Shown here: positions 29,254 to 39,412 of the stretch, piece by piece | Layout of the letters: every line of letters begins with the position of its first letter | Numbering within the stretch: position 1 is the first letter of the stretch | Origin: Bacteroidales bacterium UBA714 | GTDB lineage: Bacteria; Bacteroidota; Bacteroidia; Bacteroidales; UBA932 | NCBI GenBank assembly: GCA_002298075.1 | Contig: DBLW01000209.1 | Location: forward strand, 1-45,153 | DNA: 45,153 nt | Reading direction: 5' to 3' | The notes under the pieces: model-generated | What the model was told of the DNA's origin: nothing | The model's input: the letters and a program-made list of their open reading frames with translations, nothing else | Databases searched by the model: none | Made by a program: the position numbers and the translations under genes

Positions 29254-30153
29254 ATGGAAGAAAACCACGGCATATCCCTTTCCCGGAGCACTTGGGAAAG
29301 ACTTTCAAAAATAAGGCATCTTGCCCTGGACATGGATGGCACCATATACATGGGTGGCACATTGTTTCCTTTTACACTGAAATTCCTTTCTGACATGTCG
29401 GAAGCAGGGATCGGGTATTCCTTCCTGACCAACAACCCGTCCCAGTCAGTAGAAGACTATCTGAAAAAGCTCGGACGCATGGGCATAGAGGCCACGCATG
29501 ACAATATGTACACGACCTCTCTCGCTGCCATTGATTATATCAGGACTGCATTTCCTGATGCGAGGCGGCTTTTCCTTCTTGGAACTCCAAGCATGATTTC
29601 ACAGTTCACCCAAGCCGGATTCGAATCCTGCGGAGACGACCCGGAGGATATGCCTGATGTGCTTGTGGTGGCTTTCGACAAGACCCTTGAATATTCAAGA
29701 CTGTGCCGTGCCGCATGGTGGGCTTCACAGGACATTCCGTATATCGCCACTAATCCGGACAAGGTCTGTCCGACCGATGAGAAGACTGTCCTTGTGGACT
29801 GCGGCTCCATCTGCAGATGTATTGCCCATGCTACAGGGCGGCAGCCTGACGTGACTCTCGGCAAGCCCGATCCCAATATGCTTAGGGGAATCATTGAACG
29901 TCACGGACTGAAGCCGGAAGAAATAGCGATGGTCGGGGACAGGATATATACTGATACTGCTATGGCTCATAATGCAGGTGCATTCGGAGTGCTTGTCCTT
30001 TCGGGAGAGACTACAATGGAAACTGTAGAGGCGGTCGCTGAAGATGCGCGGACAAATCCTTCGCCTGAGTTTTTCCCTCCTGACCTCATATGCCGCGATA
30101 TAGCCCAGTTGGGCGAACTGCTTCTTATAGCAAAGGCCTCACGAGAGAAATGA
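29254..30153 (+). CDS. HAD-IIA (NagD/AraL-like) phosphatase
   Basis: DMDGT, LTNNPS, GKP, MVGDRIYTD, LVLSG. Own TATTTTTG promoter at 29208-29215, so start is 29254 (29218 possible). Confidence 0.9.
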   Translation: MEENHGISLSRSTWERLSKIRHLALDMDGTIYMGGTLFPFTLKFLSDMSEAGIGYSFLTNNPSQSVEDYLKKLGRMGIEATHDNMYTTSLAAIDYIRTAFPDARRLFLLGTPSMISQFTQAGFESCGDDPEDMPDVLVVAFDKTLEYSRLCRAAWWASQDIPYIATNPDKVCPTDEKTVLVDCGSICRCIAHATGRQPDVTLGKPDPNMLRGIIERHGLKPEEIAMVGDRIYTDTAMAHNAGAFGVLVLSGETTMETVEAVAEDARTNPSPEFFPPDLICRDIAQLGELLLIAKASREK

Positions 30154-30191
30154 CAAGATGATTATCAATCAACCAATAACCATTAAACTAC

Positions 30192-32504
30192 ATGAAAAAG
30201 AAAACGATTTTGTTTGCAGCTGCGGCACTTTCAATCGGTGCCTGCTGCAGTCCGGCAGTTGAACCGGCAATCCCTTCCGACAGCCGGATTGAGAAAAATG
30301 TCGAAAAGATTCTGAGCGGGATGACTCTTGAGGAAAAGGTCGGCCAGATGACACAGATTACTGCGACAGCAATAGCTGACGGCCTGGAGATAACTCCTGC
30401 CGGAGATTCCATTCTCAGGGTGCATAAGGTCGGTTCTGTGCTTAACACACCTGGTGACATAGCGCAGTCTCCCGAAGGATATGAGCAATTCATAAGCGAG
30501 CTTCAGAGGATTTCTCTTGAGACGACAGGAATACCTTGCCTCTACGGACTTGACCATATCCACGGAACCACATACGTTGCCGGCGGAACCCTTTTCCCGC
30601 AGGAAATCAATATAGCGGCTACCTTTAACAGGGAGCATGCCTACAATATGGGAAAGGTTACGGCATATGACAGCCGTGCTGCAAATGTCCCATGGACTTT
30701 CTCTCCTACGATGGATCTTGGACGTAATCCGGCATGGCCGAGAATGTGGGAAAGCTTCGGAGAGGATGTGTATGTGAATGCGCAGATGGCTGTGGCTGAG
30801 ACACATGGTATGCAGGGAGATGACCCTAATCATGTCGGTCCTTATAATATCGCCGCATGTGCCAAGCATTTCATGGGCTACGGAGTTCCTGTGACAGGAC
30901 AGGACCGCACACCTGCGTCAATAGCACCTGCGGAACTGCGTGAAAAGCACTTTGAGCCTTTCCGTGAGTGCCTGCGTTCCGGAGCCTTGTCCCTGATGGT
31001 CAATTCCGCAAGCAACAACGGAATGCCTTTCCATTGCAATGCAGAACTTCTTACAGGATGGGTCAAGGAAGACCTCAACTGGGACGGAATGATTGTAACC
31101 GACTGGGCCGACATCAACAATCTCTATACCCGTGAGAGGGTGGCTTCATCCAAGAAGGAGGCGGTCAAGCTTGCCATCAATGCTGGGATAGACATGGCCA
31201 TGGTGCCTTATGAGTGCCAGTTCGCTATAGACCTCAAGGAACTTGTCGAAGAGGGAGAGGTACCGATGAGCCGCGTAGATGATGCCGTGCGCCGCATCCT
31301 GAGACTGAAATTCCGCTTGGGCCTGTTTGACGTTCCGAATACGCGTCTTGCTGACTATCCTGATTTCGGCTCGCAGAAGCATGCTTCTCTTGCATATGAG
31401 GCTGCCCTTGAGTCTGAGGTGCTTCTCAAGAATAACGGCATTCTTCCGCTCAAGAAGGATGTGAAAATTCTGGTGACTGGCCCGAACGCCAACTCAATGA
31501 GGACCCTGAACGGCGGCTGGTCATATACATGGCAGGGACACGGAGCTTCCATTCCTGCTTTTACTGAAAAATACAATACAATCTATGAGGCTCTTGCAGC
31601 CAAATTCGACAATGTGAGATATGTTCCGGGAGTAGAATACGACCTTCACGGCACGGATTGGAAAACGGACAAGGCTACAGGAATCCGTGAGGCTGTCGCT
31701 GCAGCACGTGCTTCCGAGGTAATAATCGCCTGTATCGGAGAAAATTCATATTGCGAGACTCCGGGCAATGATACTGATCTTAATCTGTCAGCGAACCAGA
31801 AGGCTCTCGTAAAAGCCTTGGCTGAGACCGGACGTCCTCTTGTGCTTGTGCTCAACGGCGGCCGTCCGCGTATCATCAATGACATCGAGCCGCTGGCAAC
31901 TGCAGTAGTGGATGTGATGCTTCCCGGGAATTACGGTGCGGATGCACTGGCGTCGCTTCTTTCAGGTGAAGAGAATTTCAGCGGAAAGCTTCCGTTCACT
32001 TATCCTAAATATACCAACAAGTTCGCCGTATATGACTATAAGCCGTCTGAGAACCAGGGCACTATGGCAGGAGTCTATAATTACAATGCGGTTATGGACG
32101 TTCAGTGGCCTTTCGGACATGGACTCAGCTATACATCGTTCAGTTATTCGGACATGGCTGTATCTGTTGATGAGTTCGGTGCCTCTGATGTGCTGAAAGT
32201 TACGGTTGACGTTACCAATGACGGAAAGGTTGCCGGAAAAGAGAGCGTTCTCCTTTTCTCAAGCGACATGTATGCAAGTTCGACTCCTGATGTGCGCCGT
32301 CTGCGTGCCTTCACGAAGGTTGAACTTGCGCCTGGAGAGACAAGGACAGTTGAACTTGAGGTTCCGGCAAAAGACCTTGCCTTTGTCAACTATGACGGAA
32401 AATGGACTCTTGAGGAGGGTGACTTCATACTTTCTGTCGGTGGGCAAAGCTGCAGTGTCAGATGCCGCGAGACAATCGTTTGGGACACTCCGAATATAAA
32501 ATGA
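30192..32504 (+). CDS. GH3 beta-glucosidase (BglX-like) lipoprotein
   Basis: [20 protein letters not shown], nucleophile VTDW, C-terminal FnIII-like domain; lipobox GAC. Confidence 0.93.
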   Translation: MKKKTILFAAAALSIGACCSPAVEPAIPSDSRIEKNVEKILSGMTLEEKVGQMTQITATAIADGLEITPAGDSILRVHKVGSVLNTPGDIAQSPEGYEQFISELQRISLETTGIPCLYGLDHIHGTTYVAGGTLFPQEINIAATFNREHAYNMGKVTAYDSRAANVPWTFSPTMDLGRNPAWPRMWESFGEDVYVNAQMAVAETHGMQGDDPNHVGPYNIAACAKHFMGYGVPVTGQDRTPASIAPAELREKHFEPFRECLRSGALSLMVNSASNNGMPFHCNAELLTGWVKEDLNWDGMIVTDWADINNLYTRERVASSKKEAVKLAINAGIDMAMVPYECQFAIDLKELVEEGEVPMSRVDDAVRRILRLKFRLGLFDVPNTRLADYPDFGSQKHASLAYEAALESEVLLKNNGILPLKKDVKILVTGPNANSMRTLNGGWSYTWQGHGASIPAFTEKYNTIYEALAAKFDNVRYVPGVEYDLHGTDWKTDKATGIREAVAAARASEVIIACIGENSYCETPGNDTDLNLSANQKALVKALAETGRPLVLVLNGGRPRIINDIEPLATAVVDVMLPGNYGADALASLLSGEENFSGKLPFTYPKYTNKFAVYDYKPSENQGTMAGVYNYNAVMDVQWPFGHGLSYTSFSYSDMAVSVDEFGASDVLKVTVDVTNDGKVAGKESVLLFSSDMYASSTPDVRRLRAFTKVELAPGETRTVELEVPAKDLAFVNYDGKWTLEEGDFILSVGGQSCSVRCRETIVWDTPNIK

Positions 32505-32533
32505 CGCCTTAGGGCGCCGCAAAAAAATACGAT

Positions 32534-33772
32534 ATGAAAATAGCGGTAGCGGGAACAGGATACGTGGGGTTGTCTATGGCAACCCTGCTTTCACGCAAGC
32601 ATAGTGTGACTGCGGTGGACATAATACCGGAGAAGGTAGCTATGATAAATTCACGGCAGTCTCCGGTGCAGGATGACTATATAGAGGATTATTTTGTAAC
32701 AGAGGAACTTGACCTTACCGCGACCCTTGATGCTGAGCAGGCATACAGGGGCGCGGAACTGGTTATTATTGCAGCTCCGACCAATTATGACCCGAAGAAG
32801 AATTTTTTCGACACTTCGGCTGTGGAGGATGTGATTGAGACCGTGATGCGGGTCAATCCGTCGGCTTTTATGGTCATCAAATCTACTGTCCCTGTCGGAT
32901 TTACGGAATCAGTGCGTGCCAAGACCGGAAGCAGGAGGATATTGTTCAGTCCGGAGTTCCTGCGCGAGTCCAAGGCCCTGTATGACAATCTCTATCCGAG
33001 CCGCATAATCGTAGGTACTGACTTGTCGGACCCGATGCTCATTGAGGCAGCTGAAGGTTTTGCGGCATTGCTGAAGGAGGGAGCCCTCAAAAAGGAAGTC
33101 GATATTCTGCTGATGGGATTTACAGAGGCTGAGGCCGTCAAACTGTTCGCCAATACGTATCTTGCCTTGCGTGTGAGCTATTTCAATGAGCTTGACACAT
33201 ATGCGGAGATGAAAGGGCTTGACACTCAGAAAATAATTGAGGGTGTATGCCTTGACCCGCGCATCGGCTCACATTACAACAATCCGTCATTCGGCTACGG
33301 TGGCTATTGTCTTCCTAAGGACACGAAACAGCTTCTGGCCAATTATGATGATGTTCCGCAGAACCTTGTCCGTGCGATTGTGGAGAGCAACCGCACGAGG
33401 AAAGACTATATTGCGGACAGGGTGCTGCAGCTTGCCGGGTATTATTCTTACAGCGAAGGTCCGGATTACAGCTCCGAACTTGAGAGGCCTTGTACAATCG
33501 GGGTTTACCGTCTTACCATGAAGAGCAATTCCGACAATTTCCGCCAGAGTTCCATTCAGGGGGTAATGAAGCGCATCAAGGCCAAGGGCGCAAGGGTCGT
33601 TGTATATGAACCTGCGTTGGAAGACGGCACTACTTTCTTCGGCAGCCCTGTCATAAATGATCTTGGAAAATTCAAGAGCATGTGTGATGTCATCATTGCT
33701 AACCGCTATGACATGGTTCTTGATGATGTGAGGGACAAGGTGTATACAAGGGATATTTTCAAGAGGGACTGA
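32534..33772 (+). CDS. ugd: UDP-glucose 6-dehydrogenase
   Basis: [39 protein letters not shown]. Confidence 0.93.
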   Translation: MKIAVAGTGYVGLSMATLLSRKHSVTAVDIIPEKVAMINSRQSPVQDDYIEDYFVTEELDLTATLDAEQAYRGAELVIIAAPTNYDPKKNFFDTSAVEDVIETVMRVNPSAFMVIKSTVPVGFTESVRAKTGSRRILFSPEFLRESKALYDNLYPSRIIVGTDLSDPMLIEAAEGFAALLKEGALKKEVDILLMGFTEAEAVKLFANTYLALRVSYFNELDTYAEMKGLDTQKIIEGVCLDPRIGSHYNNPSFGYGGYCLPKDTKQLLANYDDVPQNLVRAIVESNRTRKDYIADRVLQLAGYYSYSEGPDYSSELERPCTIGVYRLTMKSNSDNFRQSSIQGVMKRIKAKGARVVVYEPALEDGTTFFGSPVINDLGKFKSMCDVIIANRYDMVLDDVRDKVYTRDIFKRD

Positions 33773-34827
33773 TGATTATGGATACGCATATCGTGATTAT
33801 GGCAGGAGGAATCGGCAGCCGGTTCTGGCCAATGAGCACTTCGGATGTCCCTAAGCAGTTCGTGGATATTATGGGAGTCGGAAAATCCCTTCTGCAGATG
33901 ACTGTGGAACGTTTTTCCGGAGTATGTCCGATAGATAACTTCTGGATCGTGACGGGGGAGAGGTATGTGCAACTTGTAAAGGAACAGCTTCCACAGCTGC
34001 CTGCTGACCATATTCTTGCGGAGCCGGCGCCCAGGAATACGGCGCCTTGCATTGCATATGCATGCTGGAAGATAAAGATGCATCATCCTTCCGCAAATAT
34101 TGTCGTGACTCCGTCGGACGCGCTTGTGCTGGAGCCGCAGGAGTTCCGCCGTGTCATAAATGAGGCCTTGGATTTTACTGTCTCTGGTCAAAGGATAGTC
34201 ACCATCGGAATAAAGCCCTCACGTCCTGAGACCGGATACGGATATATCGAGACAGGTGACGCGGTAAGCGGGACTGGTGCCGTGCATGGAGTGAAATCTT
34301 TCCGTGAGAAGCCGTGCAGGGAGGTTGCCGAGCAGTATCTGAGTGCGGGAGGATATCTGTGGAATGCCGGCATATTCGTCTGGAATGTGGAAACCATAGT
34401 TGATTCCATACGCAGATATGCGCCGTCAATAGCTTCCGTAATGGATGAGATGTCCAAGTCTTTTTATACGGATTCCGAGCATGATGCTGTGGAGAGGCTC
34501 TTCCCTACATGTGAGAAGATATCAATAGATTATGCCGTGATGGAGAAAGCCGGAAACTGCATTTATACGATTCCTGCTGATTTCGGCTGGAGTGATCTTG
34601 GCACATGGGGCTCTTTGCGCACATTGATGAACCGTGATCAATTCGGAAATGCGGTTGTCGGCAAGGATGTGCGCTTGTTCGGATGCAAAGGGTGCATAGT
34701 GCATGCTCCTGAGGAGACAACAGTGATAGTGCAGGGAATGGAGGACTGTATTGTAGCCGAGCATGAGGGCCGGCTTCTGGTTTGCCGTCTTGACCATGAG
34801 CAGAGTATAACTGATTATATCAAATAG
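33772..34827 (+). CDS. manC: Mannose-1-phosphate guanylyltransferase (short form, no cupin domain)
   Basis: MAGGIGSRFWP, RNTAPC, PSD, PETGYGYI, FREKP, ISIDYAVME, WSDLGTW; ATG overlaps the ugd TGA (33778 is an alternative start). Confidence 0.92.
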   Translation: MIMDTHIVIMAGGIGSRFWPMSTSDVPKQFVDIMGVGKSLLQMTVERFSGVCPIDNFWIVTGERYVQLVKEQLPQLPADHILAEPAPRNTAPCIAYACWKIKMHHPSANIVVTPSDALVLEPQEFRRVINEALDFTVSGQRIVTIGIKPSRPETGYGYIETGDAVSGTGAVHGVKSFREKPCREVAEQYLSAGGYLWNAGIFVWNVETIVDSIRRYAPSIASVMDEMSKSFYTDSEHDAVERLFPTCEKISIDYAVMEKAGNCIYTIPADFGWSDLGTWGSLRTLMNRDQFGNAVVGKDVRLFGCKGCIVHAPEETTVIVQGMEDCIVAEHEGRLLVCRLDHEQSITDYIK

Positions 34828-34828
34828 C

Positions 34829-34984
34829 ATGGCAGACAATTATCTTGAAAACAAATACCAGGCTCTGCAGGAGCGCAAGGCCAAGGAACAGAAAGCACGT
34901 CAGGCGGCCTGGAAGAAGCGTATGGACGCTTACCGCAAAAAGCTTCAGGAACAGGCCGAAGACAAGCCTGAGCAGACAAAATAA
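34829..34984 (+). CDS. 51-aa charged helical small protein (MADNYLENKY...)
   Basis: ATG follows the manC stop after 1 nt; TAA directly abuts a terminator hairpin; below the ORF-track size cutoff. Confidence 0.75.
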   Translation: MADNYLENKYQALQERKAKEQKARQAAWKKRMDAYRKKLQEQAEDKPEQTK

Positions 34985-35015
34985 ATCGGGCTGGTCACTC
35001 AGTGGCCAGCCCGAT
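34985..35015. terminator. Probably bidirectional terminator between convergent operons
   Basis: ATCGGGCTGGTCACT...AGTGGCCAGCCCGAT inverted repeat. Confidence 0.8.
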
Positions 35016-35047
35016 ATTGTTTTACGGAAATTCCGTATTTCGTCCGA

Positions 35048-36655
35048 TTAGAGCTTAGGACCTGCAGCTACGAGAGCCTTGCCGAGGTCGTTTCCGGTGA
35101 ACTTGGTGAAGTTCTTGATGAAACGTCCTGCGAGATCCTTTGCTTTCTCCTCCCACTCGCAAGCGCACTTGTATGTGTCGCGTGGGTCGAGGATGTTAGG
35201 GTCAACTCCAGGAAGCTCTGTAGGCACTTCGAAATCGAAGTAAGGGATCTTCTTGGTTGGAGCCTTCTCGATTGAGCCGTCGAGGATAGCGTCAATGATT
35301 CCGCGTGTGTCACGGATTGAGATACGCTTTCCTGTTCCGTTCCATCCTGTGTTTACGAGATATGCCTTTGCGCCTGTTGCCTCCATTCTCTTTACGAGCT
35401 CCTCGCCGTATTTTGTCGGATGGAGTGAAAGGAAGGCAGCACCGAAGCAAGCTGAGAATGTAGGAGTAGGCTCAGTGATTCCGCGCTCAGTACCTGCGAG
35501 CTTTGCAGTAAATCCTGAAAGGAAGTAGTACTGTGTCTGCTCAGGGGTGAGGATAGAAACCGGAGGAAGAACTCCGAATGCGTCAGCTGAAAGGAAGATA
35601 ACCTGCTTTGCGTGAGGACCCTTTGAAACTGGCTTTACGATGTTCTCGATGTGGTTGATAGGGTAAGAGACACGGGTGTTTTCAGTAACGCTCTTGTCAG
35701 CGAAGTCAATCTTGCCGTTTGCGTCAACAGTCACGTTCTCAAGAAGAGCGTCCCTTCTGATTGCGTTGTAGATATCTGGCTCGCTCTCTTTGTCAAGGTT
35801 GATTACCTTTGCATAGCAGCCACCCTCATAGTTGAAGACTCCGTTGTCATCCCAGCCGTGCTCATCATCACCGATGAGGAGACGCTTAGGGTCAGTTGAA
35901 AGGGTGGTCTTACCTGTTCCTGAGAGGCCGAAGAAGATTGCTGAGCTCTTGCCCTCCTTGTCAGTGTTTGCTGAACAGTGCATAGATGCGATTCCACGGA
36001 GAGGGTTGAGGTAGTTCATGATAGAGAACATTCCCTTCTTCATCTCACCGCCGTACCAAGTGTTGAGGATAACCTGCTCGTTTGTCTTGAGGTTGAAGAC
36101 AGTAGCGGTCTCGGAGTTGAGTCCGAGCTCCTTGTAGTTATCAACTTTTGCCTTTGAAGCGTTGAATACAACGAAATCAGGCTCACCGTATGCTGCAAGC
36201 TCTTCTGCAGTAGGACGGATGAACATGTTCGTAACGAAATGTGCCTGCCAAGCTACCTCAACGATGAAACGCACTTTGAGACGTGTAGCAGGGTTTGCGC
36301 CGCAGAATGTATCTACAACGAAAAGCCTCTTTCCTGAAAGTTCTTTTACTGCTTTTGCCTTGAGGTCAGCCCATGCCTCTTCAGAGCAAGGCTTGTTGTC
36401 GTTCTTATACTCCTCTGAAGTCCACCATACGGTGTTCTCGCTGGCTTCGTTCTTTACGAAAAATTTATCTTTAGGAGAACGTCCGGTGTAGATTCCGGTC
36501 ATTACGTTAACTGCATTGAGTTCGGTAAGCTGGCCTTTCTCGTAGCCTTCAAGACTGTCTTTGGTCTCTTCTGCGAACAGAACCTCGTAAGACGGGTTGT
36601 GGATGATTTCTTTTACATCCTGAATGCCGTACTTGGTCAAATCAATATTACTCAT
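35048..36655 (-). CDS. pckA: Phosphoenolpyruvate carboxykinase (ATP)
   Basis: [47 protein letters not shown]. Confidence 0.97.
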   Translation of the reverse strand: MSNIDLTKYGIQDVKEIIHNPSYEVLFAEETKDSLEGYEKGQLTELNAVNVMTGIYTGRSPKDKFFVKNEASENTVWWTSEEYKNDNKPCSEEAWADLKAKAVKELSGKRLFVVDTFCGANPATRLKVRFIVEVAWQAHFVTNMFIRPTAEELAAYGEPDFVVFNASKAKVDNYKELGLNSETATVFNLKTNEQVILNTWYGGEMKKGMFSIMNYLNPLRGIASMHCSANTDKEGKSSAIFFGLSGTGKTTLSTDPKRLLIGDDEHGWDDNGVFNYEGGCYAKVINLDKESEPDIYNAIRRDALLENVTVDANGKIDFADKSVTENTRVSYPINHIENIVKPVSKGPHAKQVIFLSADAFGVLPPVSILTPEQTQYYFLSGFTAKLAGTERGITEPTPTFSACFGAAFLSLHPTKYGEELVKRMEATGAKAYLVNTGWNGTGKRISIRDTRGIIDAILDGSIEKAPTKKIPYFDFEVPTELPGVDPNILDPRDTYKCACEWEEKAKDLAGRFIKNFTKFTGNDLGKALVAAGPKL

Positions 36656-36834
36656 AACTTCTTTAAAATATTAAGGTTTAACTCATTATCATTCAGTCTC
36701 CAAGTCCTGCGGATATGCATCTTGCGCTTGTCCGCAGTCTCAGCGGTGCAAAAATAAACTTTTTTTACGATTCGGCAAACTTCGCAGCGAATAATTTTGC
36801 TACATTTGTCCTCCTTTTGACAAGGTTTGTGTTT

Positions 36835-38751
36835 ATGGAAAAAGAATGCGCATTGTCACCTCTTGATGTCCTCCGTGAGTATTGGGGCCACGACTCTTTC
36901 CGTCCGAAGCAGCTGGAGATAATCAGTTCTGCATTGGACGGTCTTGACGTGCTTGCCATTCTGCCTACAGGTGGCGGAAAATCAGTATGCTTCCAGGTAC
37001 CTGCACTCATGAAGGACGGTTTGGCAATAGTCGTCACGCCTCTTGTCGCGCTGATGAAAGACCAGGTCCAGAATCTGAACAGCCGCGGTATAAAGGCATT
37101 GTGCGTGAATGCCGGAATGGGGCGCCGTGAGGTTGACCTTGCGCTGAATAATGCGGCCTATGGTGACTTCAAGTTCCTGTATGTCTCTCCGGAGCGTCTC
37201 GGTACCAGACTTTTCCTGCAATATGTGCAGGAAATGAATGTCAGCTATATAGTTGTGGATGAGGCGCATTGCATCTCTCAGTGGGGCTATGATTTCAGGC
37301 CGGACTATCTTTGCATAGGGAAACTTCGTGAACTGGTTGACGCTACTGTCATAGCGCTCACGGCTACAGCAACTCCGGAAGTGGCGGAAGATATAATGTA
37401 CCGTCTTGGGTTCAGGGAAAGGAATCTTGTCAAAAGCGGATTTGAACGCCCGAACCTTTCTTATCTTGTGCGGAAGTGCGAAGATAAGCTCGGGCAGCTG
37501 CTTGCTGTGTGCTCTTCTGTAGCCGGAACCGGAATCGTCTATGTGCGCAGCCGCAAGAAAACAGAGGAACTTGCTTCATATCTTTCCGCAAACGGGATTT
37601 CCTCGTCTTTCTATCATGCCGGACTGGGGGTCCAGTCACGTTCGGACCGCCAGGCAAGGTGGAAGAATGGACAGATACGGGTGATGGTATGCACCAATGC
37701 CTTCGGAATGGGAATTGACAAGCCTGATGTGCGTTTCGTCATTCATTTTGATGTCCCGGACAGCCCGGAGGCATATTTCCAGGAAGCAGGAAGGGGAGGA
37801 CGTGACGGCAAGCGCAGTTTCGCTGTGCTGCTGTGGAACTCTTCGGACATAAGGAGGCTGCGTCAGATTGCCACGGTCTCATTTCCTCCGCTTGACTATG
37901 TGGAGGACATATATCATAAGGTGCATGTTTTTTTTGAAGTTCCTTATGACTCGGGTGCGGGACGCCAGCTCAAGTTTGACTTGGAAGAATTCTGCAGGCA
38001 TTTCCGTCTTCAGCGCTCATCTGCATATTATGCAATCATATATATAGAGAGGACCGGACACTGGACTCTTTCGGAGGATGTTGACATTGATACGAAGGTG
38101 CAGATACGGGTGGACAGGAATGAACTTTATGATATTGACTTTCCTGACCCGAGGATGTCGCAGTTGCTTGAGATTCTCATGCGCAAATACACCGGTCTGT
38201 TCTCCTGGCCCGTACCTATAGATGAAGACTATGTGTCAGGACTGCTCGGGGTGCCTGTCGGAACCCTTAGGCAGCTCCTGTACGGCCTTTCCCTTGAACA
38301 TGTTATAAAATATATCCCGTGCGACAGGGCGACCGTGCTGTATCTTCATCATGACCGCCTGCGCCCTAAGAATGTGAATCTTGAGCCAGACCGCTATGCT
38401 CAGCTCAAGGACGCTTTCATGACAAGAATGGAGGAAATGGTTCGCTATGTGCAGGAAGAGGATGTTTGCAGAAGCTCATATCTTCTTGAATATTTCGGAC
38501 AGAAAGATTCCGTGGATTGCGGCACATGCGACATTTGCCGTGCTGCGAAGAAGGCCTCTCTTGTGTCTTCCGGTCCTCAAGAAAACGAAGAAAGTGTCTC
38601 CAAAGCCATCAGAGACTATGTTTCATCAAGGGAAGACCGTTATGACCTGGAAGAAATCGCCCTCCTTTTCCCTTCTGACCATGACGGAAACTGGCAGAAA
38701 ATCCTGCGGAATCTTATAAACGACGGCTCCGTGCCTCCTCCTCAAGACTGA
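36835..38751 (+). CDS. recQ: RecQ-family ATP-dependent DNA helicase (no obvious HRDC domain)
   Basis: PTGGGKS, DEAH, TATA, QEAGRGGRDG, Zn module CRS...CGTCDIC. TACATTTG promoter at 36801-36808. Confidence 0.92.
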   Translation: MEKECALSPLDVLREYWGHDSFRPKQLEIISSALDGLDVLAILPTGGGKSVCFQVPALMKDGLAIVVTPLVALMKDQVQNLNSRGIKALCVNAGMGRREVDLALNNAAYGDFKFLYVSPERLGTRLFLQYVQEMNVSYIVVDEAHCISQWGYDFRPDYLCIGKLRELVDATVIALTATATPEVAEDIMYRLGFRERNLVKSGFERPNLSYLVRKCEDKLGQLLAVCSSVAGTGIVYVRSRKKTEELASYLSANGISSSFYHAGLGVQSRSDRQARWKNGQIRVMVCTNAFGMGIDKPDVRFVIHFDVPDSPEAYFQEAGRGGRDGKRSFAVLLWNSSDIRRLRQIATVSFPPLDYVEDIYHKVHVFFEVPYDSGAGRQLKFDLEEFCRHFRLQRSSAYYAIIYIERTGHWTLSEDVDIDTKVQIRVDRNELYDIDFPDPRMSQLLEILMRKYTGLFSWPVPIDEDYVSGLLGVPVGTLRQLLYGLSLEHVIKYIPCDRATVLYLHHDRLRPKNVNLEPDRYAQLKDAFMTRMEEMVRYVQEEDVCRSSYLLEYFGQKDSVDCGTCDICRAAKKASLVSSGPQENEESVSKAIRDYVSSREDRYDLEEIALLFPSDHDGNWQKILRNLINDGSVPPPQD

Positions 38752-38785
38752 CCTTAAGTGCCGGGAAGCGTCCCGTATGGCCGAT

Positions 38786-39325
38786 TCAGACAATTTCAAT
38801 CCATTCCACTTCACCGCCCCATATCTCAAGAAAGCGGAGCAGGCCGTCCCGGTGCACAACTACGCTTGACGTGTTTTCACACGGATGGAAACTGAGCTTT
38901 TCCGCCTGGAGCAGGTCTTTGTCGAGATAATACTTGACCCTGTGACCGTTAGGAAAAAGCTCTTTCGGATTTGCGGAAGGTATGTATATGTCATTGATCA
39001 GACCGAATGCGGAAACTGATCCGGGGTGCAGGCCGAGGCATCTGACCATTCTTTCTTCTGAGGCAAATGAGAGTTTGCCCTCATGTATCATCTGCTCCAG
39101 TTTGTGGCACTCCATGCTGACGAGATAGTGCCTGTTTCCCTTATGATTGCGGAAAAACAGGTTCTTGCAGTGCGTGCAATCCAGATTTTTCCAGTATTTC
39201 AGGCCTTCTTCTATAGTAAACAATGGAGGATGTGTATGAAGTTCATACGGGATGTCGTGTCCCTCAAGGAAGTCGAGCACTTTCTTTCTCAGCTCCATGC
39301 GTTGCCTGTTAGATATTTCTGACAT
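38786..39325 (-). CDS. YbaK/ProX-family aminoacyl-tRNA editing protein
   Basis: HPPLFTIEE, KNLFF, KLSFAS, PGSVSAFGLIND, FHPCENT. Confidence 0.88.
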   Translation of the reverse strand: MSEISNRQRMELRKKVLDFLEGHDIPYELHTHPPLFTIEEGLKYWKNLDCTHCKNLFFRNHKGNRHYLVSMECHKLEQMIHEGKLSFASEERMVRCLGLHPGSVSAFGLINDIYIPSANPKELFPNGHRVKYYLDKDLLQAEKLSFHPCENTSSVVVHRDGLLRFLEIWGGEVEWIEIV

Positions 39326-39349
39326 GGTGAAATTGGAATAATATTGAAA

Positions 39350-39394
39350 ATTCAGGCTATAGCAGCCGTTGGATAAGCATGCTATAGCCTGAAT
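39350..39394 (-). terminator. Terminator after ppdK
   Basis: ATTCAGGCTATAGCA...TGCTATAGCCTGAAT perfect 15-bp inverted repeat, short T run on the minus strand. Confidence 0.8.
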
Positions 39395-39412
39395 GAGTAT
39401 AGGTTACCGGGA

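Noticed and set aside
34845-35051. 68-aa ORF after manC
   Set aside because: TTG start, crosses the terminator into pckA; the 34829-34984 frame fits better
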